Of a stretch of DNA of 34,499 nt, positions 1 to 9,730 are shown piece by piece. Source of the stretch: Alteromonas naphthalenivorans (lineage in GTDB: Bacteria > Babelota > Babeliae > Babelales > CAIQNR01); the NCBI GenBank assembly GCA_047631715.1, contig JBLICC010000003.1:1-34499 (forward strand), given 5' to 3'. Every line of letters begins with the position of its first letter. The first letter of the stretch is position 1. The position numbers were made by a program, and so were the translations under genes. The notes under the pieces are model-generated. The model was not told the DNA's origin and made no database searches. It saw only the letters and a program-made list of their open reading frames with translations.

Positions 1-1338
1 CTCTGTTCTCAAGAACCAACTATGGTACTGAGGACTATTTTCTGCTTTTATTACATGCTCAGAACCGGTACTAATCGTTGCACCAGCTTTAAGACCGTAT
101 CTTGCTTCCCAACCAAATGTGTATGATAATTGATTTGTGCGGTTTTTAATCATGTTGTAATCATAAGTACGTGATGGAGTGTTATCTGTTGATTTAACCG
201 AGTCTTTTGATTTATGACGAAGCTGCATATATAATCGTGTATCAACTTTTTCTTTAAGCAACATACGATTACCAATTTCTAGATTCGCAATACCACCTCG
301 ACGACGAGCCACTTCGATAGCTGCATCTGCAAAAAATGGTACGAGTGAATCATAAAGAGTATACGCTGTGTCAATAGTCATTGTATGAATACCTGATGCT
401 GTTATAACATCATTGTCCGATAGCGACCCTGCTCCAGTACTTGTTTTTTGTTTTGGGACACGCATTTTTTCTGTATGTCTTAATGCTCCAAATACTTCAC
501 CCTTTAGATACGGACGCATGCAGCTTGTAAAGTCTAGCTCAAGCGCAAGGTTTACACCCACATAGTTAGCACCCCAACCACGAATCGCTGGCCATACAAT
601 GTTATGCGTATCACCTTGTGGCGCTCTTCTTACAAACTCGAATCCAAATTGTGCTTTTTGAACATCGTCATCCCAAGCATGACTGATATCAACTAAAGCA
701 AATATACGTGGAGACCCTAACCCAAACGTACGGTGCACATCATGCATAGTTAAACCTTTTGGTGCTAAAATCTCTTGCTCAATAAATGAATCCATGGTTG
801 CATTATTATTGAAGAAATATTGAAGATTCAAGTTATTGTCTCCCGCTTGAGTACCAAGCAGTCCAACACCAGTAAAATCATAACGCTTGTTAATATAATG
901 CTTATAATATTCAAACGGTAACTGAACACCAACCGTTAAATGCGTATCAGAATCAAACAAGGGAAGCGTTACAGACCCTTCGATACTTGTTTGAAAACGT
1001 TTTTCTTCAAAATCAAAATCAATAACAGCATTATTAATAGCTCTTATATAGTCATTTGTAGTTAAACTTGTATGACCTAATCCTGCAAGCATACTCAAAA
1101 AATAGATGTCTTTGATTTTAACTTGGCTTTTACCAAGTACCAATGTATGCAATGCAACTTGGTCTTTATTAGAGTCAAAGGCTCGGTATGCAAGGTCGTA
1201 TCGAACAGCCGGAGCCGAAAGATAACCATGCTTTCCAACATCCATGGGAAGACCAATCGTATTTGGCATATTCCACAGAGCATGAGCGCTCGTTGCACCT
1301 AAGAGCGCAACAGTTAAAAAGACAATCTGTTTTTTCAT
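1..1338 (-). CDS. Secreted probable outer-membrane beta-barrel protein (partial, runs off the window's left edge; absent from the ORF track)
   Basis: Manual translation from ATG 1338 is open for 446 codons to base 1: MKKQIVFLTVALLGATSAHA-LWNMP...THLTVGVQLPF...AQFGFEFV...YVGVNLALEL...YTFGWEARYG...ATISTGSEHVIKAENSPQYHSWFLRTE. It has a Sec signal (AHA), many alternating hydrophobic/polar strands and an AAGGA RBS. An in-frame alternative ATG with GGAG lies at 1371. Confidence 0.8.
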   Translation of the reverse strand, partial: MKKQIVFLTVALLGATSAHALWNMPNTIGLPMDVGKHGYLSAPAVRYDLAYRAFDSNKDQVALHTLVLGKSQVKIKDIYFLSMLAGLGHTSLTTNDYIRAINNAVIDFDFEEKRFQTSIEGSVTLPLFDSDTHLTVGVQLPFEYYKHYINKRYDFTGVGLLGTQAGDNNLNLQYFFNNNATMDSFIEQEILAPKGLTMHDVHRTFGLGSPRIFALVDISHAWDDDVQKAQFGFEFVRRAPQGDTHNIVWPAIRGWGANYVGVNLALELDFTSCMRPYLKGEVFGALRHTEKMRVPKQKTSTGAGSLSDNDVITASGIHTMTIDTAYTLYDSLVPFFADAAIEVARRRGGIANLEIGNRMLLKEKVDTRLYMQLRHKSKDSVKSTDNTPSRTYDYNMIKNRTNQLSYTFGWEARYGLKAGATISTGSEHVIKAENSPQYHSWFLRTE

Positions 1339-1384
1339 CGCTTTCCTTTTTTTAAAAACGCATATAATCATAATCTCTCCCTTA

Positions 1385-4300
1385 CTATACAGCTACCTGA
1401 GCACCATTTGCATCCGTAGTAATTCTTCTTTGTAATCCTGTTGAACTATCTACAATTACAACTTCTGTAACTTTAGAAAGAGCTATTGATTCACTCTTTG
1501 TAGCTCCTGCTCCAGTATCTTTATAGGTTTGTATAACTTGCTCAGTTGCAGTCAATTTAATTTGCTTAACCACATCTGTAGCCGCGCCATTTGCATCTGG
1601 AACGTTCAAGTACACAGCTGGGCAATTATCACCACAAGTATTTTGATATGCGTTTGCTGGATCTACAGACAACTTACGAACGGTTTCTGCCATAGTAAAG
1701 CTACCTACAAGATTCGTTTTTGTTAGCTTCATTTTATCATCTGTCGCAAATTGCATTGTTGGTTCAGCTGCAGTATTAATACCCTTAATATTAACAGTTG
1801 TTTTTGAACCATCACTGTTTTCAAACATTTGCACATTACCTGCAAGTGTTGTTGCATCCATAGTCAATGTTTCTACTTTACCATTCGGAGCTGCTGCTCC
1901 ATCAACTGAGTTAAATCGAGCACTTCCACTTGAAGCATCAAATTTACAATCTTCCCAATTAATACTGGTTTGGCAACCCGTTTCCCATTGGGAACCTGAT
2001 TCGAGAACAGTTGCAGATCCACCGGTCATATCATGTTGATATCTATCATCTGCAGCAGTTCCACCTACAAAATGACCACCCGCAGCAATGTTTTGTCTCC
2101 CACCATCGCCAAGCACCATTCTTCCAGTTCCTGATGTTCTTACGTCAGCTTTAATTCTATTAATGGCACCAGATTCATATCTCATTTCAGAGAAATCACC
2201 ACTACCAAAGTCCATAGTCATTTGTTCACCGAACGCACCAAAGTCCTGGAATCCTTTTCCAGAAAACTCAGTGTTTCCAAAATTATTAAATGCTGCACCA
2301 CTTACAGATTGAACTGAGTCCCTATCGCTAAAACTATGAGCAACTGTTTTACCCGCTTCTGTTGCAAAATCATCAAACCCAAAGTTTCCTGCTCCAGTGA
2401 ATGGACCACCGCCACCGCCGCCAAATCCACCTGCTGCTGTACCTGCAGATACGGAAGGAGCATTAGTCACAGCTGGACCAAAGGTTACTGGGAATCCTTT
2501 ATACTCAAGAGTACTTGTGGTACCACTTGGAGTTGTTGCTTCCCATTGACCAACATTAACGTAAAGTGGACCCATACGTGTACCAAGAGCAACACCATCG
2601 AGTACTATTTTTGCAGTACTATCTTCGAATACAATGTTACTCAATACTCCGTTACCATTAGCATCAGGAATTCCAAATGTTCCACCAAACTCATATGCGT
2701 TTGTGATAGTGAGTGTTTTACCAGATTTAATAGTCAACTTTGTATCAGGGAACATAAAGAAGCTTCCTTGACCGTTACCATCAAGTATGGTGTTTTCTAG
2801 AACATCAATGCTTCCTTTAAGCATAAACATGCCTCCATTAATTTTGATGGTTCCGTTTTTAACTGTTGCATTAACCGGTTTTTGGAATGTTGCTAACACA
2901 CAGTTTTGAACAGATCCTTCAGAATTATCACGGAATAGCGAGATACCATCACGTAGCATTAATCCTGTTTGGCAGTTTTGAGTAGAAAGAAAAGCTCCAC
3001 TGTATTGATTTTCTATATATTGCCCAAATGGATTGATCTTAATAAGTACACAACCTTCATCGGTACTAATAATAAGAATTTCACCACGCTCATCCCATTG
3101 AATATCATTTATTTTAGTAACGCCTGACATTGGAATAAACATAGGAATTGGGAACATTTGGCCTGTAAATGAATCAACATGATAAACTTGAATAGTTGTA
3201 CCATCGGCAACTGCAACTAAAGTCTCTTGCGGATGCGGTGCAATTTTTGCATCTGCATTTCCAAGCGGTTGAATACTTGGTGCATTGGTGATTGTCGGAG
3301 GTTGAGAACCACTTTGACGTACTTGCACAATACCCATTTCTCCACCACCAGCACGACTACTTGCCCATACAAGATTACGTACCGATTCTAATGAACCTTG
3401 TCCACCACGATCTTCTGCCATCCATTTTAGCTGGGTTGTAGCCAGCGATCCTGAAGCTGCAGATCGCACAGATGGTACTGCGATATTTACTACATTAGTT
3501 GTTACCGATGCGCTATTGTTTTTAACCGTACCGTTAGTTTCTACATTATAAAGAGCAATAAAGTCTTTACCACTTTCACCAGCAACACCATCAGTTAATG
3601 CAAGAGCTGCCCAGTTTTTGTTTTTCCATGCAGCGGCTGTTGCGGTAAGTGTTGTATCACTTGCTCCAATTCCTGTTGCTTTAAACTCACCTGCGTTGCT
3701 TGCAACTTTTGCAAATGTTGGAGTGTCTTTATCAGTAAAGTCATAAAGGTTTGCAATGGCACTGTTAGTAAATTTAGCTTGTGTTCCAGCTGCAACTACA
3801 AGTACTCCATATATCTTGTCACTACTGTTTGCGCCAGAACCTAGTCTAAATCCACCTGGTCTCCATGCAACTTGCGACACATCACCATCACGCATGCTTG
3901 CAGTTGTAATAGGTTGAGACACTTTTTCAGTTTGCGTACTCGACCACACAGTAGAAGTAGCACCAGTGTTAAATTCATCGACTCGAATAATAGAAGTACA
4001 TCCGTCTGCTCCATTACCACGGTTGCAATAACAGACCAAGTTACCATCACCAAGCGTTACACTATTCATAGTTTTTGCGAAGGCATTACCCTCAAGAGGC
4101 CCTGAACGACCTTGAGTATTATTTAATGTTATAGAGTCACCACCTGGCCACTCACCTGCATCTAAGAAGGTAAGTGTGTTGCCACCAAGTGCTAACTGAC
4201 GAGCTTTTAGATGCCCACGTACAGATCTATTTGCTTGCAGTGTAAGAAGGTTACCAGCAAAATCTTCTATGATTGCACCCGCATCACCACCACCGCCAGT

Positions 4301-6463
4301 TTCTCGACGAACAACAAATCGATCGTATTCTATTCTAAAGCCTTGGCCATCAACTCGACCGCCATTAACTTTATCAATTATTCCTCGATCCATAAATACA
4401 TCAGATTCAAGGATTGCAACTGCGCCATCAAGCTTAAGTGTTGTTGTATTATTACTATCCTGATTACCTGAAAATTGCACACTATCGAGATACTTTCTGG
4501 TAATACCACCAAACTGAAAACTTTCTCTTCCGCGCAATCCTTTAAATACAAGATTTTTAAGTGTTAATGTTTTTCCGTTTGCAATACTAATACGACCACC
4601 ATCAGGAACGGTAAGTGTAAATCCGTTACCTTCTATAATGGTATCATCTTGAATATCAAGAAACGAGTTGAGTGTTACATTATTATTAAGCACAAGACGG
4701 ACCTTACCCAATGAGCCACCAGCACTCAAACTACCTGCATCAAAACGGTTAATTACAAGATTTTGACTTGCTGTTGGTAAAGCCGCACGTAGAATTGCCT
4801 CGTTTTCAGCTTCTGGAGACCACCGTGCTGAATGCACATCTGCCCCTCTATCCATAGCTTGGAAAGAACTTATACCGCTTTGCTTATTTTCCAAAACGTC
4901 ATCTTTTTGAAAGTTAAACAAACGCATGCCACTATCAGTAGAAACAGTAAAGAGAGAACCACTTGGATGCCAATTTAAATCATGAACCACAAACCCGGTT
5001 GGAGTTGTACCTTCTGAAGTAGTACCCGTTGTAATCAATGCAGTTCCATCTAAGTATCCATCAAAGTGTCTGTAAAAACGTATACTTGCAGAAGCCGATG
5101 CATCAGGAACTCCATCACCATCATTTGCCGTAAAAATATTATTAAAAATTACACCAATAATATCACCATGTGGATGAAATGCTGCCGCTGCAATATTACT
5201 CAAACCATCTTTTGTCTGAGTATTATAAATAGCGCCATCTGCATCAATTTCATAAACATGCAGTTCTCCATTTGATGCAAGAGTAATTTTTGAACCATCA
5301 GGAGACCAACTCAAAACATTGTTCATTGGTTTAGAAAGTGTAGGCATACTTATATCTGGAATAAATGCTTCTACCTCACGCTCAACCACACCTGTTTTAG
5401 AAACTTGGAATATCTTTAATTTATATACATAACCAACTTCACTATCAGCATTGCTTTGACCATACAATATCGCCAAGAAGTTTCCTTGGTATGACGTGGT
5501 ACCAGTCCAACTGCCATGTGGTCTAAATGCCAATGCATATACAGAAGCAGCTTCATGTACATCTTCTGTATTATTCCAACCAATACGTGTTGCAGTGTAT
5601 ACTAACCCGGTTGCTCCTGGCTCTTGTGCTAATGCTAATGTTGCAGCATCACCATTAGTAGGGAAATTGAGTGGTTTATATTGTAATAAGTTAACGTTTG
5701 TAGGAACCCCTTTAACAGTGCCGGCTGTATAATTTTGCCCAACAGCAATGAGGTAATTTCCTTCAGAAGTTTTTTGTGGTGCACAACTTATACAAGAAAC
5801 AGAGTTATCACCACCTGAAGCTATACTTCCTGTTGAATAAGCATCTCTATTTAATGCCCCTGTACCAGTAACAATTGCTTCAGTTGTTATGGTTCCAGCT
5901 CCACTTGGCTCATAGCTATATGCTTCTAATCGATCATTCTTTGCGGATGCTCCAGTATGGAGAGCCAACATATATTTACCATCATAAGTCCAAGCACATG
6001 CAGTTACCGTATGTACCATATCAGTTGTAACAACCGTTGAAGTATTAGTTATATCAATTGTTGCCCCTGCAGGAAACCCTGTAGTCCGTGGTGCAAAAAC
6101 AATACGGTTATCGTTTCCATAAATGGTACCAATGGTATCAAATTGCCCTGTACCACTAAAAATAAGATCGTTATGTATTTGAAGGTTTTGATCGTTTAGA
6201 GATATCGCACCTTCCATTGGAAAGAGAGAGTACCAGCCGAGAGTATTTTTAGTTGCATCACTAGTAGTATTCATATCAATGTTTCCGCCAATCATAGTGA
6301 ATGGCCGCACATTTGAAGTTGTTCCGGGGCTATTCCCCGTTGCACCAAGTGCACTTACCGTTGAAACAACATACGTGCTGTTGTCAGCAGGTAGAGCCGC
6401 GAAAATGATTGACTGGACACATAATAGAACGGAAAGTAGGGAAACATATTTTATGCTTCTCAT
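1385..6463 (-). CDS. Large secreted surface protein with two WD40-like beta-propeller plus beta-helix modules
   Basis: 1692 aa with N-terminal signal peptide and AGGAG RBS. Propeller blade motifs: CAWTYDG, AFRPHG, LSWSPDG, AFHPHG, LNWHPSG, ARWSPE, then VAWRPGG, APHPQE, IQWDERG. Duplicated beta-helix segments: DDTIIEGNG..ISIANGKTLTLKN and ENTILDGNG..LTIKSGKTLTITN. Confidence 0.85.
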   Translation of the reverse strand: MRSIKYVSLLSVLLCVQSIIFAALPADNSTYVVSTVSALGATGNSPGTTSNVRPFTMIGGNIDMNTTSDATKNTLGWYSLFPMEGAISLNDQNLQIHNDLIFSGTGQFDTIGTIYGNDNRIVFAPRTTGFPAGATIDITNTSTVVTTDMVHTVTACAWTYDGKYMLALHTGASAKNDRLEAYSYEPSGAGTITTEAIVTGTGALNRDAYSTGSIASGGDNSVSCISCAPQKTSEGNYLIAVGQNYTAGTVKGVPTNVNLLQYKPLNFPTNGDAATLALAQEPGATGLVYTATRIGWNNTEDVHEAASVYALAFRPHGSWTGTTSYQGNFLAILYGQSNADSEVGYVYKLKIFQVSKTGVVEREVEAFIPDISMPTLSKPMNNVLSWSPDGSKITLASNGELHVYEIDADGAIYNTQTKDGLSNIAAAAFHPHGDIIGVIFNNIFTANDGDGVPDASASASIRFYRHFDGYLDGTALITTGTTSEGTTPTGFVVHDLNWHPSGSLFTVSTDSGMRLFNFQKDDVLENKQSGISSFQAMDRGADVHSARWSPEAENEAILRAALPTASQNLVINRFDAGSLSAGGSLGKVRLVLNNNVTLNSFLDIQDDTIIEGNGFTLTVPDGGRISIANGKTLTLKNLVFKGLRGRESFQFGGITRKYLDSVQFSGNQDSNNTTTLKLDGAVAILESDVFMDRGIIDKVNGGRVDGQGFRIEYDRFVVRRETGGGGDAGAIIEDFAGNLLTLQANRSVRGHLKARQLALGGNTLTFLDAGEWPGGDSITLNNTQGRSGPLEGNAFAKTMNSVTLGDGNLVCYCNRGNGADGCTSIIRVDEFNTGATSTVWSSTQTEKVSQPITTASMRDGDVSQVAWRPGGFRLGSGANSSDKIYGVLVVAAGTQAKFTNSAIANLYDFTDKDTPTFAKVASNAGEFKATGIGASDTTLTATAAAWKNKNWAALALTDGVAGESGKDFIALYNVETNGTVKNNSASVTTNVVNIAVPSVRSAASGSLATTQLKWMAEDRGGQGSLESVRNLVWASSRAGGGEMGIVQVRQSGSQPPTITNAPSIQPLGNADAKIAPHPQETLVAVADGTTIQVYHVDSFTGQMFPIPMFIPMSGVTKINDIQWDERGEILIISTDEGCVLIKINPFGQYIENQYSGAFLSTQNCQTGLMLRDGISLFRDNSEGSVQNCVLATFQKPVNATVKNGTIKINGGMFMLKGSIDVLENTILDGNGQGSFFMFPDTKLTIKSGKTLTITNAYEFGGTFGIPDANGNGVLSNIVFEDSTAKIVLDGVALGTRMGPLYVNVGQWEATTPSGTTSTLEYKGFPVTFGPAVTNAPSVSAGTAAGGFGGGGGGPFTGAGNFGFDDFATEAGKTVAHSFSDRDSVQSVSGAAFNNFGNTEFSGKGFQDFGAFGEQMTMDFGSGDFSEMRYESGAINRIKADVRTSGTGRMVLGDGGRQNIAAGGHFVGGTAADDRYQHDMTGGSATVLESGSQWETGCQTSINWEDCKFDASSGSARFNSVDGAAAPNGKVETLTMDATTLAGNVQMFENSDGSKTTVNIKGINTAAEPTMQFATDDKMKLTKTNLVGSFTMAETVRKLSVDPANAYQNTCGDNCPAVYLNVPDANGAATDVVKQIKLTATEQVIQTYKDTGAGATKSESIALSKVTEVVIVDSSTGLQRRITTDANGAQVAV

Positions 6464-6516
6464 GCGAGTTCTCCTTTTTTAGGTGAGATTTATTTACGAA
6501 AAGACTTTACTTTAGC

Positions 6517-6545
6517 ACCCTATGAAAGCGATATATCTCTGTCAA
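6517..6545 (-). promoter_or_regulatory. Putative sigma70 promoter for the propeller/beta-helix plus barrel operon
   Basis: Minus strand reads TTGACA (6545-6540), N17, TAGGGT (6522-6517), about 50 nt upstream of the ATG. Confidence 0.55.
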
Positions 6546-6570
6546 CACTTTTATTTTCTTTCAAAAAAAA

Positions 6571-6699
6571 TGATCCCTCGATACTATTTTTCACTTACGT
6601 CAAAAAATCACTCGGGATGAACTAATAAATTATTTTTTTAAATAACCAAGTTAACTAGTTCATTTCGAGTGATTTCGTAGAAATTGTATCGAGAAATCA
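6571..6699. repeat. REP-like inverted palindrome pair, copy 1
   Basis: Left arm TGATCCCTCGATAC..CACTCGGGATGAACTA, AT-rich spacer, right arm TAGTTCATTTCGAGTG-ATTTCGTAGAAATT-GTATCGAGAAATCA. Lies just downstream of the ileS stop. Confidence 0.85.
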
Positions 6700-6709
6700 G
6701 AATATTTTT

Positions 6710-9625
6710 TTAATTAACGGTACGTTCGACTACTGTTTTGCAACGAAGACAGAGTCCATCTTTATCACCAGAAGCTTCCCACTTCCAGCAACGGGGGCAT
6801 TTTGCACCATCCGCATGCTCAGCCTTAACTTTTAGACCAGCGCCTGATGGAATACAATCTGCAAATGCTTCGAAAGAGTCTTCATCAAAATCATCTTCTA
6901 AGTCATCTACATCTTCGTAATCAATAATCTGACAATCAGAAATAATGAAAAATTCTTTTAAGAACTCGTGCTTTGATTGGCCGGTTTTTTCAACTTCATC
7001 AAATAGCTCCTTTAGCAAGCTCATGTCGTCTTTTTTTGTGTCCATGACAATAGTCACCTTCGCTTCTAAAGAATGTTTAACAATCCCTTGCTGTCGTAAC
7101 TTTTCGATCGCTTTAAGCGCTGACGAACGTAAACTACGCAACAACTCCCACTGCTTTTCTTTTTTCTTGGCATATAAAATGGCTTTTTCTTGGCCACCAG
7201 TTTTAGCTGCCTGGTATTCCCATACAAAGGGAACGTCCCTAAAATCTTGTAAATGGATAGATTCAGGCTTATCTGCCTGATAATGGTCAGAAATCTGCTC
7301 TGCTGTAATCGACATTACTGGTGCCATAAGCCTGATTAAAACATCCAGGATATGCCAGCAAACAGTCTGTGCAGAGCGCCTATCAACCCCATCTGCTTGA
7401 TCAGTATAAAGCCGATCTTTTATGATGTCCAGATAAAAAGAACTCAGCTCTACGGTGCAATAATCGGTTAAGGCGTGGAATACTGCCGTAATATTTTTTT
7501 CTTCGTAGGCTTTTCTTACTTTTTGGCTAAACAAAGCAAGCTCATGGAGCGCATAACGATCCATCATACGCATGTCTTTAAGCTCAATAGCATCTTTTTT
7601 TATATCAAAATCATATAAATTAGAAAGTAAGAACCGAGCCGTATTTCTAACTTTTCGATTAACTTCACCAACATTACTTATAAGATTCTTAGAAACTGTA
7701 GCATCACCCTCAATATTAATAGCTGATACCCATAAACGTAGTCCATCTGTTCCAATTTGCTCAATAAGCTTATCTGGCGCCATAACATTACCCAACGACT
7801 TAGACATCTTACGGCCTTTGTCGTCAACCGTAAATCCATGAGTGGCAATGCCCTTCATAGCAGGCTTAGAATCGAGCATTAAGCTTGTAAGTAGAGAACT
7901 TTGGAACCAACCACGATGCTGATCGATACCTTCTAGATATAAATCTGCCGGATATTTTTGCCCACGCTCTTTAAGAACTGTGGTATGCGTTACGCCAGAA
8001 TCGAACCATACATCAAGAATGTCCTGTTCTTTTTTAAACTCAGTGCCCTTACATTCAGAACAGCTTAATCCAGCTGGAATAACTTCTTTTACATCAACAT
8101 CAGCCCAATACTCAACGCCCTCTTTTTCTATGCCTTGAGCAACAATTTTTATCAGCTCTGGAGAAGTATGCTCTTTATCGCAACCGATACAGATAACTGC
8201 AACAATAGGAGTTCCCCATACTCGTTGACGAGATAGGCACCACTCATAACGACTTGCAATCGTTGATTTTAAATGGTTACGTGTTGCTGCCGGCCAAAAC
8301 TTAATTGACTCAATAGCTTTAAGTGCACGTTTTTGTAGATCGTTATGCCCAAGTTCGCAGAACCATTGCTTGGTTGCTCTAAACATCAACCCATTTCTAC
8401 AACGCCAGCAATGTGGATACGGATGCTTAATAGATGCTTTGAATAATAATTTTTCTTTTTCGATAAGTTTTTTAAGTACCCATCCAAGCGCAGCGGTAAT
8501 CTCCATACCTTCTAATTCAACAGGCTTAATGCCTTCTGTATATTTACCATCACCACTTAATGGAGAGAAAATCTCGAGCCCATAACGAACACCCATCTCA
8601 TAATCTTCTGGTCCACAACCAGGAGCACTATGGACTACTGCTGTACCATCTTCGAGACCTACAAAATTATCTGCTAGTATTGGTGTTTTTTGACCTTCGA
8701 TAAAGGGATGATCTGCTGTTGACCCAACTAAATCTTCTGCTGTGCAGGTTGCTAGAACTTTCTTTTCTACACTCATAAGAGCGCAAAGCTTATCTGACAG
8801 TTTTGCACCAACTACCACTTGCTTGCCATTAACCTCTAAAAGCTCATACTCTGCTTTAGGTTTTAAGAACAAAGCACGGTTTAATGGGATAGTCCACGGT
8901 GTGGTTGTCCACATCAACATACTAACCGGCTTGTCTGTATTAAATACTTTTTGTGCGGCATCTTTATCGAGTTCAAACTCAACATATACCGACGGATCTT
9001 TTCGGTCTTTATGTTCGATCTCTGCTGATGCAAGAACGGTTTTACATGATGAACACCACGGAACTGTTTTGTTCTTTCGTGAAATGTATCCACCATCAAC
9101 ACAAGTTGCAAAAGCACGTACCGTATTAGCTTCTTGTTTATAATCCATAGTTAAATACGGATTATCCCAATCCATAAGCACACCAAGATCTTTAAACTGT
9201 TCTTTTTGTGCTTTAATCCAATGATTAGCACTTTCTCTACATTTTTTACGCAATTCTTGAGCATTAGCTTCTGGGTTCTCTTTAGAAACTTTTAGCTCAA
9301 TTGGTAGACCATGACAATCCCAACCTGGCGTAATTGGAACATGCTTACCAGCCATACGTTCTGATTTTGAGATAATATCTTTTAAAATTTTATTATATGC
9401 ATGCCCCAAATGGATGTTTCCATTGGCATAGGGTGGTCCATCGTGCAACAAGAATGCTGTCTTACCTTTGTTTTTTTCAAACGCTTTGGCATAAATATCG
9501 TCTTGCTTCCATCGATCAATAATTTTAGGATCTTCAATTTTAGAATTTCCACGAATAGGAAAGTCTGTAGTTGGAAGATTAAGCGTGTCTTTAAAGCTCT
9601 TTTTTGCCTTTTCGTCTTGAGCCAT
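6710..9625 (-). CDS. ileS: Isoleucine--tRNA ligase (bacterial IleRS1 type)
   Basis: Motifs HDGPPYANGNIHLGH (HIGH), GWDCHGLPIE, WTTTPWTIP, WCLSRQRVWG, LEGIDQHRGWFQSS, KMSKS and a C-terminal CPRCW..LCLRC zinc finger. Confidence 0.98.
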   Translation of the reverse strand: MAQDEKAKKSFKDTLNLPTTDFPIRGNSKIEDPKIIDRWKQDDIYAKAFEKNKGKTAFLLHDGPPYANGNIHLGHAYNKILKDIISKSERMAGKHVPITPGWDCHGLPIELKVSKENPEANAQELRKKCRESANHWIKAQKEQFKDLGVLMDWDNPYLTMDYKQEANTVRAFATCVDGGYISRKNKTVPWCSSCKTVLASAEIEHKDRKDPSVYVEFELDKDAAQKVFNTDKPVSMLMWTTTPWTIPLNRALFLKPKAEYELLEVNGKQVVVGAKLSDKLCALMSVEKKVLATCTAEDLVGSTADHPFIEGQKTPILADNFVGLEDGTAVVHSAPGCGPEDYEMGVRYGLEIFSPLSGDGKYTEGIKPVELEGMEITAALGWVLKKLIEKEKLLFKASIKHPYPHCWRCRNGLMFRATKQWFCELGHNDLQKRALKAIESIKFWPAATRNHLKSTIASRYEWCLSRQRVWGTPIVAVICIGCDKEHTSPELIKIVAQGIEKEGVEYWADVDVKEVIPAGLSCSECKGTEFKKEQDILDVWFDSGVTHTTVLKERGQKYPADLYLEGIDQHRGWFQSSLLTSLMLDSKPAMKGIATHGFTVDDKGRKMSKSLGNVMAPDKLIEQIGTDGLRLWVSAINIEGDATVSKNLISNVGEVNRKVRNTARFLLSNLYDFDIKKDAIELKDMRMMDRYALHELALFSQKVRKAYEEKNITAVFHALTDYCTVELSSFYLDIIKDRLYTDQADGVDRRSAQTVCWHILDVLIRLMAPVMSITAEQISDHYQADKPESIHLQDFRDVPFVWEYQAAKTGGQEKAILYAKKKEKQWELLRSLRSSALKAIEKLRQQGIVKHSLEAKVTIVMDTKKDDMSLLKELFDEVEKTGQSKHEFLKEFFIISDCQIIDYEDVDDLEDDFDEDSFEAFADCIPSGAGLKVKAEHADGAKCPRCWKWEASGDKDGLCLRCKTVVERTVN

Positions 9626-9730
9626 AACTGTGATCCTTAAAATTAAAATGGTGATCGATATTCACTACTCAATAAGCTTGCAGTATACTCTTCTTGCTTG
9701 TTTTCTCAATCAAAAAACGTGGAGGATCGC

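Noticed and set aside
1095-9640. Short ORFs of 60-154 aa inside or antisense to the barrel, surface-protein and ileS genes
   Set aside because: They are shadow frames of long real genes, with no recognisable motifs.
9698-9730. TTG start for murD
   Set aside because: GGAGG precedes ATG 9731 and MurD similarity begins there.
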